Assembly (NCBI GenBank): GCA_963675295.2
Contig: CAXXKJ010000002.1
Coordinates: 864,001 to 928,000 of the forward strand
Length of the DNA stretch: 64,000 bases
Direction of reading: 5' to 3'
DNA from: a bacterium
GTDB taxonomy: Bacteria > Electryoneota > Electryoneia > Electryoneales > Electryoneaceae
Made by a program: the position numbers and the translations under genes. Every line of letters starts with the position of its first letter. Within the stretch, counting starts at the first letter, position 1. Positions 40,933 to 49,907 of the stretch are shown piece after piece. The notes below the pieces were generated by a model. The model worked only from the letters and a program-made list of their open reading frames with translations. It did not search any database and was not told the origin of the DNA.

Positions 40933-41766
40933 ATGTTCCGACCTGTCACCGTGATCCTGTTGCTGTTGCTGCTCGCCGTGCCCCTGTTTGCCGGTGACGG
41001 CGGAACGCCTATCCCGTGGCGTGACGGGGTGTCCACATCTTCCCTGCTGTCCGGCGATGATCCTGATCCGGAAATTGCGTCGGTCGAACAGATCTCGGCG
41101 TTTCTCGCGGACGGCCAGAAGCCGCCGGAGCGTGGATTCGACGAAGAGCAGGGGCAGGTGTATTCTGTCGGCCTGTCAGAGGACGAACGCGCGTACCTGA
41201 CGAAGAAACCGTCCGAGGCGTTCCTGCGGTCGGCGGTGTTGCCGGGTTGGGGTCAACGGTACGGCGAACGGAATTTCCGTGGGGCGGTCTTCTCCGGCGT
41301 TGAGGTCGGGTTGTGGACAGCGCTGCTGCTAACCCGCCAGGACTGGATCGAGGGCGAGGACGATTACATGACCTTCGCCCGCCAGCACGCCGGCGTTTCG
41401 GGATCGCCTGACCACCAGTACTTTGTCGACATCGGCAACTACAACACGATGGACGAGTTCAACGAAGCCCAGCGTGCACAACGACAGTACGCCGACCAGT
41501 ACCGCAGCTCGAGCTCATACTGGGAGTGGGATTCGTCGAAGAACCGGGAACGGTTCAAGGATATCCGTATCGACGCGGACGCGTCCAAACGGCGGATCTA
41601 CTACTTCGTCGGCGGGTTGGTGCTCAACCGTGTGCTGTCGTCAATTGACGCATCCCGTGGCCTCGCCAAGCGTCAAAAAGAGCTGAAGGAGAAGGAAGAC
41701 GGATTCAGCTTCGGCATCGGCTACAACGCGTACACTCGTGGTCCAGCGCTGACCATCGGCTGGTGA
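40933..41766 (+). CDS. DUF5683-like outer-envelope protein
   Basis: Signal peptide; AFLRSAVLPGWGQRY; C-terminal Trp. Confidence 0.65.
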   Translation: MFRPVTVILLLLLLAVPLFAGDGGTPIPWRDGVSTSSLLSGDDPDPEIASVEQISAFLADGQKPPERGFDEEQGQVYSVGLSEDERAYLTKKPSEAFLRSAVLPGWGQRYGERNFRGAVFSGVEVGLWTALLLTRQDWIEGEDDYMTFARQHAGVSGSPDHQYFVDIGNYNTMDEFNEAQRAQRQYADQYRSSSSYWEWDSSKNRERFKDIRIDADASKRRIYYFVGGLVLNRVLSSIDASRGLAKRQKELKEKEDGFSFGIGYNAYTRGPALTIGW

Positions 41767-41826
41767 TCCTGACCGGCTGATACAATACAATCTTTCTATA
41801 CTGACGATGCTGCTGGGGGCAGATCG

Positions 41827-42207
41827 TTGGATTCCCTCATCACACGGATGTTGATCGCCGGCAGCTTGCTGCTGCTGGCGTTGGCCAGCGGCTACCTCAC
41901 GCACGGTCTCGGCCGCCCTCTCAACACCGCGCTGTTCACCGTCCACAAATTGAGCGCGATGGCGGCGATTGTGTTCGCAGTGCTGGCGTATGTCGCGGTG
42001 CGTCAGACGCTTACCTGTCCCTCACCCACTGGCATCCTGATCGCCGTTTCACTCTTGCTGCTGGTTGTGCTGCTGGTGACCGGTGGCTTCCTCTCGTTCG
42101 ACCGTTTTGCCGGTACCTGGCTGGCGACGGTTCACACCATCCTCGGCCCGGCGACAGCTGCGCTGTGGGTCGTGGCGATCGTGGTTTACTGGCGTGGCGG
42201 GCGGTAA
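41827..42207 (+). CDS. Small four-helix membrane protein
   Basis: Four hydrophobic segments; HK motif. Confidence 0.6.
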   Translation: MDSLITRMLIAGSLLLLALASGYLTHGLGRPLNTALFTVHKLSAMAAIVFAVLAYVAVRQTLTCPSPTGILIAVSLLLLVVLLVTGGFLSFDRFAGTWLATVHTILGPATAALWVVAIVVYWRGGR

Positions 42208-42332
42208 TTCGTACTCCCAACGGTACTCCTGAACGGCCGTGCCCCAGACATTCATGTCTGGGATGATCCGCACCAGATGTGCCCCTGATGGCTGTGCCAG
42301 CAGGGATTGGCCGCAGGGGTAGGATCGGTTAT

Positions 42333-42362
42333 CCCGCGTTGTTGGATTCAACACGGGCAAGA
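42333..42362 (-). repeat. TCTTG-tagged hairpin repeat (other copies at 1015, 2848, 56371)
   Basis: Plus strand reads CCCGCGTTG-N7-CAACACGGGCAAGA. Confidence 0.65.
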
Positions 42363-42458
42363 GCAGAGGTATCAACCAGTAGTACATCCCGACTAGCTCT
42401 TTTGCAGTTGGTGCACACCAGAACTTTCGTTTCTTTCGCACCTTTCGCGGTTCAGAAG

Positions 42459-42545
42459 TCGGTAATCGGTAATCGGTAATCGGTAATCGGTAATCAGTGG
42501 TCAGTAATCCGTCAGTAGTCAGTGCTCAGTTATCAGTTATCAGTC
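42459..42545. repeat. Heptamer tandem repeat (GGTAATC)x5 decaying into TCAGTNN units
   Basis: Seen directly. Confidence 0.85.
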
Positions 42546-42578
42546 CATGCGTTTCCGTGTATTCTGCGTATTCCGTGG

Positions 42579-42950
42579 TTATTTCTTCTTTTTCTTCCTC
42601 GCCTTGTTCGGTGGTTCGGCGGAGACGGTCTCCAGTGAGGTGTGCACGAACCACGCCCAGTCGTCGTGATATTCGGGCGCGTCCGGCTTAATCCATTCGA
42701 CCCAGGTGCCGAGCGGTTTCGCGTTCATCGGGTTGAAGGGCTCGACGTCATCCCGTGCCAACGCTTCGTCATACTTCTCCGGCGGCATTTTGACAATCAG
42801 GCCGTCCTCGCCGATCATCAGGAAGAACTTGTTGTTGACAGCAAGTCGCCAGCCTGGGTGGCCCATCATCTGCGACCGTTCGATGTCCGGGTAGCTCCGC
42901 AGTTTATCCTCGCACAATTCGAGCAGATCGTCACGGTATCGGTGCGGCAT
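42579..42950 (-). CDS. TfoX N-terminal-like protein
   Basis: QMMGHPG....NKFF, L.VK and PFNPM...(L/M)..WV pattern. Confidence 0.6.
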   Translation of the reverse strand: MPHRYRDDLLELCEDKLRSYPDIERSQMMGHPGWRLAVNNKFFLMIGEDGLIVKMPPEKYDEALARDDVEPFNPMNAKPLGTWVEWIKPDAPEYHDDWAWFVHTSLETVSAEPPNKARKKKKK

Positions 42951-43042
42951 CAGTCTCACTCCCTGGGTGGTGGATTGGGTGTGAGAAGATAGCGCTCGCC
43001 TGACGAAAAAGCTACACAATTGTTCAGTATGCTGGAGCGTGG

Positions 43043-43504
43043 TCAGGCTGTGCCGAACTGCTTTCGGATCACCTGTGTACGGTGGCTGAAGATGCGCTCG
43101 ACACGGTTGCGGACCAGTCCGGCCCCGAGCCGGTTGCCGAGTGGTCCGAAGGGCAGCAGGTAACGGACTTCGTCCCGGATCAACGTGCCGCCCTCGACGT
43201 CCTCGAAGGTGTGAGTGTGATGCCAGAACGCGTACGGGCCCTTGATCTGTTCGTCGACAAACTTGTGCGGCGGATCGTACGCGGTGATCAGCGTGCGCCA
43301 GTGCATGCGCACCCCCGGGAACGGGCTGATGGTGTAGTCGATCACCGTCCCGCGACGCATCTCGATCGGTGTCGGGGTGAGGATGTGGAACCCGAGATCG
43401 GCCGGAGTGATCTCGGCGAGGTTTTCCGGCCGGTCGAAAAAGGCGAAGACCTCATCGCGTGGACGCGGGACAAACTGCTCGCGTTTCAGGATGTATGGAT
43501 TCAT
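43043..43504 (-). CDS. SRPBCC family protein
   Basis: EVFAFF..PENLA.ITP, FVDEQ.KGPY..WHH.H.F and RIFSHR. Confidence 0.85.
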   Translation of the reverse strand: MNPYILKREQFVPRPRDEVFAFFDRPENLAEITPADLGFHILTPTPIEMRRGTVIDYTISPFPGVRMHWRTLITAYDPPHKFVDEQIKGPYAFWHHTHTFEDVEGGTLIRDEVRYLLPFGPLGNRLGAGLVRNRVERIFSHRTQVIRKQFGTA

Positions 43505-43614
43505 GGTGTATGGTTGTTCCTGGTTGGTTGTGGTGTAACGGATCAGCGCCGCAGAACGAAACAGCGGTCCTGTTTGCCAACTTGGAATGCAACCCGTGCG
43601 CCAGAATACGCAGC

Positions 43615-43656
43615 CTACTTCAGCACGACGATCTTCTGCGAGACAGTTGAGCCAGC
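43615..43656 (-). pseudogene. Orphan T9SS CTD tail fragment AGSTVSQKIVVLK*
   Basis: Translated by hand; matches the K(I/L)V(V/L)(L/M)K* ends of the intact CTD genes; the frame is closed by a TGA inside the adjacent palindrome. Confidence 0.6.
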
Positions 43657-43686
43657 GGGGACACATTGTCCTCAATGTGTCCCCGC
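43655..43686. repeat. GGGGACAC-type REP-like palindrome
   Basis: GCGGGGACACATTG-TCCT-CAATGTGTCCCCGC, a perfect 14-bp stem; related to 61784-61813. Confidence 0.8.
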
Positions 43687-43711
43687 GTACCGGCTACTCA
43701 GTCCCCCAACA

Positions 43712-46696
43712 TCATTTGAGCACGACAAGCTTCCGTGTTGCGACGGAGGTATTCCAAGCAGCCTGGGTTCCGTCAACAATTTCCGCCCGGACAAAGTAGA
43801 TCCCGCTGGCGAGGGATGATCCATCCACTGTCAGTGTGTGCGTTCCGGCGGTGTAGGGGCCGTGCGCGAGGGTCATCACCTCCTGCCCGAGCACGTTGAA
43901 CAGCGAGACGGTCAGGTCGCCGGGAGTGGGTAGCGTGACAGTCACCGTCGCGGACGCGTTGAACGGGTTGGGATAGATGGAATCCAGGGCGAATACTTCA
44001 GGATTGGTGTTCTTTGATTCAACATCCAACAACGCAATCCCCTGTGATAGTCTTTGCCCATAGACTTGAACACTGCTGTATCGGTCGTCATTCCATTGCA
44101 GGATTGCTCCACCAGAACCATCTGGCTCCAACGCATTCACGAACAGGTTGTAGCATTGAATATCAAAATTATATTCCTCACTTGTACTCAAGCCATCTGC
44201 AGAGATGTGGACGCTGACAAGCCTGCTTGCGTCCAAGTTGCCTGAGTTTTGATCAGCACACATATACGCACTACCATCCGGAAGTCCCATGACTTGAATG
44301 GATTGAAATCCTCCAGTTCTAATTGGATTATCGAATGCAACTGAGCCATCGAGGTTGATGCGTTTTGCATAGGCAGAATCAGCAATCACGTCGGACCAGG
44401 CAATCCAGAAGCTGCCAGATTCCAGTAGTCCATGCACCGAGCATTGAAGATCATCAAGGTGTTGGCAATCAGCCAACAGCAGAGGTTGATCCGGCCAAAC
44501 CGAATTTCCATCCAGATCCAGTAGTTCTCCCAGAATGCGGTCAGGATCTGGATTGGAGACTCGTGCCGGATAAACGAGCAGAATTTGATCATCAATAATT
44601 TTCATTAATGGGTAGGGGAAGCCTCCCATGGGTTGAGCGTCTGTCGTCCATAGAATATCACCGCTAATATTTCTCTTGGACACGTGCATGTTGATCGCAT
44701 CACGGTAGAGCAGAAGGAAGACTTCACCAGGAATCAGCCATTCAATACAGCGCGTCTCACAATCTTCGCCCACACCACCCAATTCCAGCAAATCTTCATC
44801 GCCTGTGTGCCAAAGAGGGTTTCCATCCGCATCAAGCCAGCTTGCAGCTATCCCTTCATAGTTATTGTCATAATTGCGGTAACGGAATATCATATACACG
44901 CCACCATTTTCATCCGGCGCTAGCGTGATATCGAGAATAATGTGGTCTGGTTGGGTTTGTTGATTAATCGTGACGCCCTCTCCGTCCCACAGCGGGATTC
45001 CGGTGGAGCTTATTTTTTGCAGGACTATCGTATCTATGTCGTTCTCACGGGATCTTTTAGAGGCAGCCAGGTACAAGTTCGAATCTTCGTCCATGCAGCC
45101 ACACAACATTTCGAATTTATATTCTGGGTTATAAACGTACTCTGGGAGAGCTGGCACACCGTTCAATGCAAGTAGAGGTGATCCGTCGTCTGTGTTCGAG
45201 ATCTGGCAATAGGGTCCACCTCGTCCATCAATCCAGTAGCTGTACATGAAATCACCAGCGATGAACATGTTATCTTTGAGGCCAGAACCAGCGTTCGGGG
45301 TCGTGGTTACAAAGGTCCCGTTTTGCGGCAGGGTTAGCTCGTGAATTTGTGGATCATAGTTTTGAATCCGGATCCCGTGGGGATCGTCTTGATAGACGAT
45401 GCTCACTTGACCGTTGGCATTTCCAACTGTAAGATATTTTGATGAAAGCAATTGCAGGTCAGCAATGGTATATGCAGCACCTTCTGCAGTGAAATGCGTG
45501 ATGGATTTTGGTAACTGGTCTCCATAAACGCAGATCAATCCATCGGATAAATCAGATGCAAACGCCAGATATTGGTCGGTGAAAGCGTTTTGAATTTCGA
45601 TTCGTGCATCCCAGAAAACTTCAAGCGAATCGCGACCACCGATTCGTTGAGCGATCAATTTGTTCTCCGGTAACCCTTGATGGCACAGTATGATAGCAGA
45701 GCCCGGTAGTGAAGCAGAAAACTGAATCAACTCGGGTCCATTACTGGTCAGAGAATCCAAGGCTATTCCGTAAATTCCTGCTGACGTACTCCCATTGAGA
45801 AAAATCCGATTTGCTCTTATCTGGTGATCATTAAACCCATGTGTACGCGTCCAGGCGATGAACGCGCCCCCATACCCGTCGCTGCAGAAATAGGATTTCG
45901 TGTCGTAAGAACGTTGATACGTTGGAGTGGTCCAACGGATCGCGCCATCACTTCCAACCCGCTGCATGTAGGTACCGGTATGGGTCTGCCAGACAACAAG
46001 AACACCGTCTGTTCTGTCTGGTAGCAGATTGAGTTCGGAAATGGATCTATATGTATCCCATCCGGGGATTTCCAGTAAAACACCTTCTCCCGGCCAGTTG
46101 GCATCGCGAAGCCCTGTTTCCATCGAAACTCGGAAAATGCGAATCTGGCTGGGTGCACCGTTTTCCCGGGTATCGGCGGCGATGTACATGTGGCTCATTC
46201 CGTCTGACAGGAAGGCCAGCTTGGCTACGTTGCGGTTGTCCTCAAAAAATCTCACCCCGTACAAAGCCGGATTGGGATTTTGCGACCACAGCGGAGTACC
46301 ATCGTCAGCAAACCGTTGCATGTACAGCGATTTTCGGAAGATGTCGTTTTGTCCGCGATTGTCAAGCCACAATAGAATCCATCCGTCATCCGAGGTCAGA
46401 CCTTGAACCTCTGATTGAGTTCCCGGCGCCACGACAATTGGACGGCCATCGATTTCCCAAGCGGGTTCACCGTTTCCATTCATCAACTGACCGTAAAAAT
46501 TCCATGATTCGTCACGCGAATCGCTCCAGACGATCAAGCTTTCGCCTTGATTCAGACCAGGTAAAACAAGTTGAGGTTGCTTTTTGTGGGTTGCGCGAAT
46601 TTCAACACCGGTTTCGGGTGTCCAAAGTGTTTGAGCGTTGACGAGAAGGGGGGCAAGGAAAAGGGCGAGCAAGAAGAGAATGCCATGGTGTTTCAT
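43712..46696 (-). CDS. Large secreted repeat (multi-propeller-like) protein with T9SS CTD
   Basis: Signal peptide; recurring DG.GG, W.D.R and Y.Q motifs; C-terminus YPNPFN...RKLVVLK. Confidence 0.8.
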   Translation of the reverse strand: MKHHGILFLLALFLAPLLVNAQTLWTPETGVEIRATHKKQPQLVLPGLNQGESLIVWSDSRDESWNFYGQLMNGNGEPAWEIDGRPIVVAPGTQSEVQGLTSDDGWILLWLDNRGQNDIFRKSLYMQRFADDGTPLWSQNPNPALYGVRFFEDNRNVAKLAFLSDGMSHMYIAADTRENGAPSQIRIFRVSMETGLRDANWPGEGVLLEIPGWDTYRSISELNLLPDRTDGVLVVWQTHTGTYMQRVGSDGAIRWTTPTYQRSYDTKSYFCSDGYGGAFIAWTRTHGFNDHQIRANRIFLNGSTSAGIYGIALDSLTSNGPELIQFSASLPGSAIILCHQGLPENKLIAQRIGGRDSLEVFWDARIEIQNAFTDQYLAFASDLSDGLICVYGDQLPKSITHFTAEGAAYTIADLQLLSSKYLTVGNANGQVSIVYQDDPHGIRIQNYDPQIHELTLPQNGTFVTTTPNAGSGLKDNMFIAGDFMYSYWIDGRGGPYCQISNTDDGSPLLALNGVPALPEYVYNPEYKFEMLCGCMDEDSNLYLAASKRSRENDIDTIVLQKISSTGIPLWDGEGVTINQQTQPDHIILDITLAPDENGGVYMIFRYRNYDNNYEGIAASWLDADGNPLWHTGDEDLLELGGVGEDCETRCIEWLIPGEVFLLLYRDAINMHVSKRNISGDILWTTDAQPMGGFPYPLMKIIDDQILLVYPARVSNPDPDRILGELLDLDGNSVWPDQPLLLADCQHLDDLQCSVHGLLESGSFWIAWSDVIADSAYAKRINLDGSVAFDNPIRTGGFQSIQVMGLPDGSAYMCADQNSGNLDASRLVSVHISADGLSTSEEYNFDIQCYNLFVNALEPDGSGGAILQWNDDRYSSVQVYGQRLSQGIALLDVESKNTNPEVFALDSIYPNPFNASATVTVTLPTPGDLTVSLFNVLGQEVMTLAHGPYTAGTHTLTVDGSSLASGIYFVRAEIVDGTQAAWNTSVATRKLVVLK

Positions 46697-46845
46697 CTCT
46701 GTCTCCACTAATTTGGTTTAATTTTTGATACATCTAGGAAAATATAAAGGTGGCTGAGGCATTAGTCAACGGGCCTGGCGCTACTCACGTAGAAATATTC
46801 TCAGATTGTGTTCCATTTCAATTATAGCGATTGTCAGAAACAATG

Positions 46846-46925
46846 GTTAGGCACTCCTACCCGTTTGGCGGTAAGGGACAGAATACTCTATCTTGGGCAC
46901 TGTTATGCACCTCCTTTCACAAGCA
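46846..46925 (-). repeat. 80-bp direct repeat copy 1
   Basis: 74/80 identical to 49675-49754 (hand alignment). Confidence 0.9.
46847..46900 (-). CDS. Putative 17-aa small peptide MPKIEYSVPYRQTGRSA
   Basis: AAAGGAGGTG RBS 7 nt before GTG; a second copy has an ATG start. Confidence 0.4.
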   Translation of the reverse strand: MPKIEYSVPYRQTGRSA

Positions 46926-47032
46926 GGTTGAATGTACCGTTGGATGGAGGGTTGCAACGAAGTGCCAGAGGGGAGGCGCGCTGTGGCCCGACAGGTTCGG
47001 GCGGGTGTTCCGTTCGCGAATTGCAAAAATAA

Positions 47033-47063
47033 AAGGGACACCCATACCAGACGGATGTCCCCT
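47033..47063 (-). terminator. GGGACA-type hairpin terminator of the CotH gene
   Basis: Minus strand AGGGGACATCC/GGGTGTCCCTT stem followed by TTATTTTT. Confidence 0.65.
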
Positions 47064-47083
47064 GAACGTACAATGCTATCCAG

Positions 47084-49441
47084 CTACTTCATCATGATCA
47101 TCTTGTTCACAAGCTGGTATTGTCCGGATTTCAGCACCGTCAGGTAAATTCCTGAACTCACTTGTTGACCATATCGATCCGTACCAGTCCAGGCAATGCT
47201 GTGTGACCCGGCAGGCATTCTCGTATCAACCAGTGTGATGACCTCTTCGCCAAGAATGTTCAGAATCTGGATTTTTACCTGATCAGCAAATTGTAGATCG
47301 TAGCTGATCGTCGTACTTGCATTGAACGGGTTCGGGTAGTTCTGATGCAGAGATATCTCAAGGGGCAGACTTGCCGTACTCTCCGCTGCACCAGAAAATC
47401 CGTCCACATTTTCATCAGAGAACGTGGGTGTCATCTGAAGAAATGGGCCAGTACCATTTGGGAAGCGTCCGAAACTGATGTCCTCATCCTGTTCGCCAAA
47501 ATCGATCCCATCGACGGTTTCTCCGTCCGAATCGACCAGCAGTACTGATTCCCCTCCGGCTGACAATTTGAATGAGGCATGCAATCCCTCCTGCTCCTCA
47601 TCTTCGTCAGCCCAGACAATCAGGTATCCGTTCGCTTCAATCGAAGTGTCCGGAAACGCCCATTGAAAAAGTTCTGTCTCATCGTCCGTTAAATAGCAAC
47701 CTGACAACGACACATCTTCATCACCAGTGTTGAAAAGTTCGATCCAGTCATCATACTCGCCGTCCTGGTCGGCAGCAGTGGTGTCGTTTGAGGCCATGAA
47801 CTCGTTGATTACAACGTCAGACAAGTCGTCTACGACATCAATGTTATAGAATTCATATTCAGCCCTCGCTGGGGAGAATGTAGCTGCCGAATTGTTCTCG
47901 GCGTAGATATAGTAGTGACAACCGGAATTGTTGACGTCAATTGAGCCACCAAACAAGCCGTCGTTTGCCTGGCCATCATTGTGTTGGCCATCGTCAAACA
48001 TTTCAACAGAAGTAAAGCGCTCACCGTGTTGATACCTGTATGCCAACGTAACATTATCGGCATTATCCACCTCAGCAGTAACCCAGACTTCAGAATTGGG
48101 TGGAATGATTTCAGGTGTAACGACGATCTGGCTAATTTCAGGTTCATTCAAGAACCAGTTGTTGTTCAGTAGGTAGGTGGCCCTGGCATCCATTAATTGA
48201 ACAATACCTGGAACTTGACCCACCTGGTTTTCAACGTTGTTCAGGAAGTCGTTGTAAGAGTAAAACTTGTTAGCATCAGCTAAAACGTGATCATCAATTA
48301 TCGCCTGTATCTCGTTGGCTCGTGTCTCATACCAGCCGTTGGAAAAGTTTTCTTCTACAATTGTTCGCATATGAGCGATGTACTGCTTCTGCAGATCGGG
48401 ATCGTTCAGCAGGTTGACCAAGACCGGAAAACTGGGATTCTGGTTGTTGTAGAAGGGGTCAAGCTGCTGCAATTGTTGAATCGTAAGTTCTTGTCCGGGT
48501 CCGATTCCTGATCGTCTGAATGATCCGAACGACTCATTTAAATCCCAAAGGATGTAGTTGAACTGACGATTGTCAGCCATGTAGAGATAGAAGTTGTGGA
48601 TGTAGTTTATCGGGCTGTCGAGGTTAACCAGGACATTGTGGAAAGCCATGTGCCACAAAGTACGGTCAACATCAAGTATATCATCGACTGATGCAGTGTG
48701 GTTATTCAGCGTATCGCACAGATTTACTAACTCATTCCATCCGTAATCCGATTTCAGTTCATACGAGGTGTAGTAATATGTGGAATCGGGTCCCAGATAA
48801 GCAAGGTTAGCCATACCACCACCGGGTCCGGGAGATTCGATAGCATCACCCTTAAAAAACGAATTATCTTCACTTAGGAGGTGGCTTCGCAGGAAATGTT
48901 TATCAACAGATTGCACACTTGTGTATAGACCAATATGCTCACCGTTTACATAAACATTCATGTAGTTAGCAAGACTTGTAGGCATGTACTTTCGACCTAT
49001 TTCATAACTAAGAACTTCTCTTACAAATGATGGATCTTTATAAGCATTTGATAGCTTCAGTGTTCCGTAGCCATCGATCTCTTGATCGTCAATAATATGA
49101 TCAAGCTTGATGTTAAAAGGTTTCTTGGGTCCATTGACTCCAACGTACGAACTATTCCCTTTGTACCGCACACCAACACTGTCAAATAGCTCTCCGTTTA
49201 TGAGAGCAGAACCAACCAATCGCTCTTCATCTCCAGCATCATAGTAAGCGGCTAAGATGTCCGCCCAATTATCCTCGTCAAAGGTAATTTCTATTGTGTT
49301 TACGCTTTCGATATCGTAGAAATCCTGGCCAATCGCAGGTTGGCTGAAAAATGTCAGAGCCAGAATGCCGAGAGTGAACACGGTGGTAAATGTAACCAAT
49401 GCTTGTTGTACCCGTTTAGCATGCAAAGACAGATAACCCAT
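47084..49441 (-). CDS. CotH-family kinase with LTD and T9SS/FlgD-type CTD
   Basis: VGVRYKGNSS, K.PFNI, D.SF.RE.L.Y, HNFYLY and WDLNESFG; DDG.HNDG...DG motif; VVINEFMA LTD; YPNPFN. Confidence 0.85.
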   Translation of the reverse strand: MGYLSLHAKRVQQALVTFTTVFTLGILALTFFSQPAIGQDFYDIESVNTIEITFDEDNWADILAAYYDAGDEERLVGSALINGELFDSVGVRYKGNSSYVGVNGPKKPFNIKLDHIIDDQEIDGYGTLKLSNAYKDPSFVREVLSYEIGRKYMPTSLANYMNVYVNGEHIGLYTSVQSVDKHFLRSHLLSEDNSFFKGDAIESPGPGGGMANLAYLGPDSTYYYTSYELKSDYGWNELVNLCDTLNNHTASVDDILDVDRTLWHMAFHNVLVNLDSPINYIHNFYLYMADNRQFNYILWDLNESFGSFRRSGIGPGQELTIQQLQQLDPFYNNQNPSFPVLVNLLNDPDLQKQYIAHMRTIVEENFSNGWYETRANEIQAIIDDHVLADANKFYSYNDFLNNVENQVGQVPGIVQLMDARATYLLNNNWFLNEPEISQIVVTPEIIPPNSEVWVTAEVDNADNVTLAYRYQHGERFTSVEMFDDGQHNDGQANDGLFGGSIDVNNSGCHYYIYAENNSAATFSPARAEYEFYNIDVVDDLSDVVINEFMASNDTTAADQDGEYDDWIELFNTGDEDVSLSGCYLTDDETELFQWAFPDTSIEANGYLIVWADEDEEQEGLHASFKLSAGGESVLLVDSDGETVDGIDFGEQDEDISFGRFPNGTGPFLQMTPTFSDENVDGFSGAAESTASLPLEISLHQNYPNPFNASTTISYDLQFADQVKIQILNILGEEVITLVDTRMPAGSHSIAWTGTDRYGQQVSSGIYLTVLKSGQYQLVNKMIMMK

Positions 49442-49674
49442 GGTAACTCCCTCCCTGGACGGCCGACAAGATTTCCTTATCGGTATTTGGATGACGGTTG
49501 TTGCTTTCACTATTCAGACGCACCAACTCATGGGAGGTTTAACCGCTTGTCTCTCGCCAGCCATTTCCTGTTTGCACTGTCCCCGGGCCATGGCGAGAAT
49601 GCTAGTCGCAGAGGGAACCCGTACAGGGTTTCAGGGAGTATTTTCGATAGATTCTGCCGTGTAGACAGGTAGTC

Positions 49675-49754
49675 GTTAGGCACTCCTATCCGTTTGGCGG
49701 TAAGGGACAGAATTCTCTATCTTGGACATTGTTACGCACTTCCTTTCACAAGCA
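49675..49754 (-). repeat. 80-bp direct repeat copy 2
   Basis: Aligns with 46846-46925. Confidence 0.9.
49676..49729 (-). CDS. Putative 17-aa small peptide MSKIENSVPYRQTDRSA
   Basis: AAAGGAAGTG RBS and ATG start; paralog of 46847-46900. Confidence 0.4.
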   Translation of the reverse strand: MSKIENSVPYRQTDRSA

Positions 49755-49907
49755 TGTGTGAAAGTACGATCTGGTGATGCGTTTTCGTGTTGGCAGGTGT
49801 GTGGGGGCCACGCCTGAATGCAAGCCTGGGCTTGATTCGCCGGCTTTTGTGTGTGACCCTGGTACGTGACAAAAGGTGCAATCTGCGAACCCGATGAGGA
49901 GAAGGCG

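Noticed and set aside
42459-42545. Short tandem repeats as a CRISPR array
   Set aside because: 7-bp units with no spacers and no cas genes.
49537-49681. Possible full attC site (GCCTAAC...GTTAAAC on the minus strand)
   Set aside because: L-box spacing and stem complementarity are poor, and the other copy lacks a matching GTTRRRY; only the boundary coincidence is reported.
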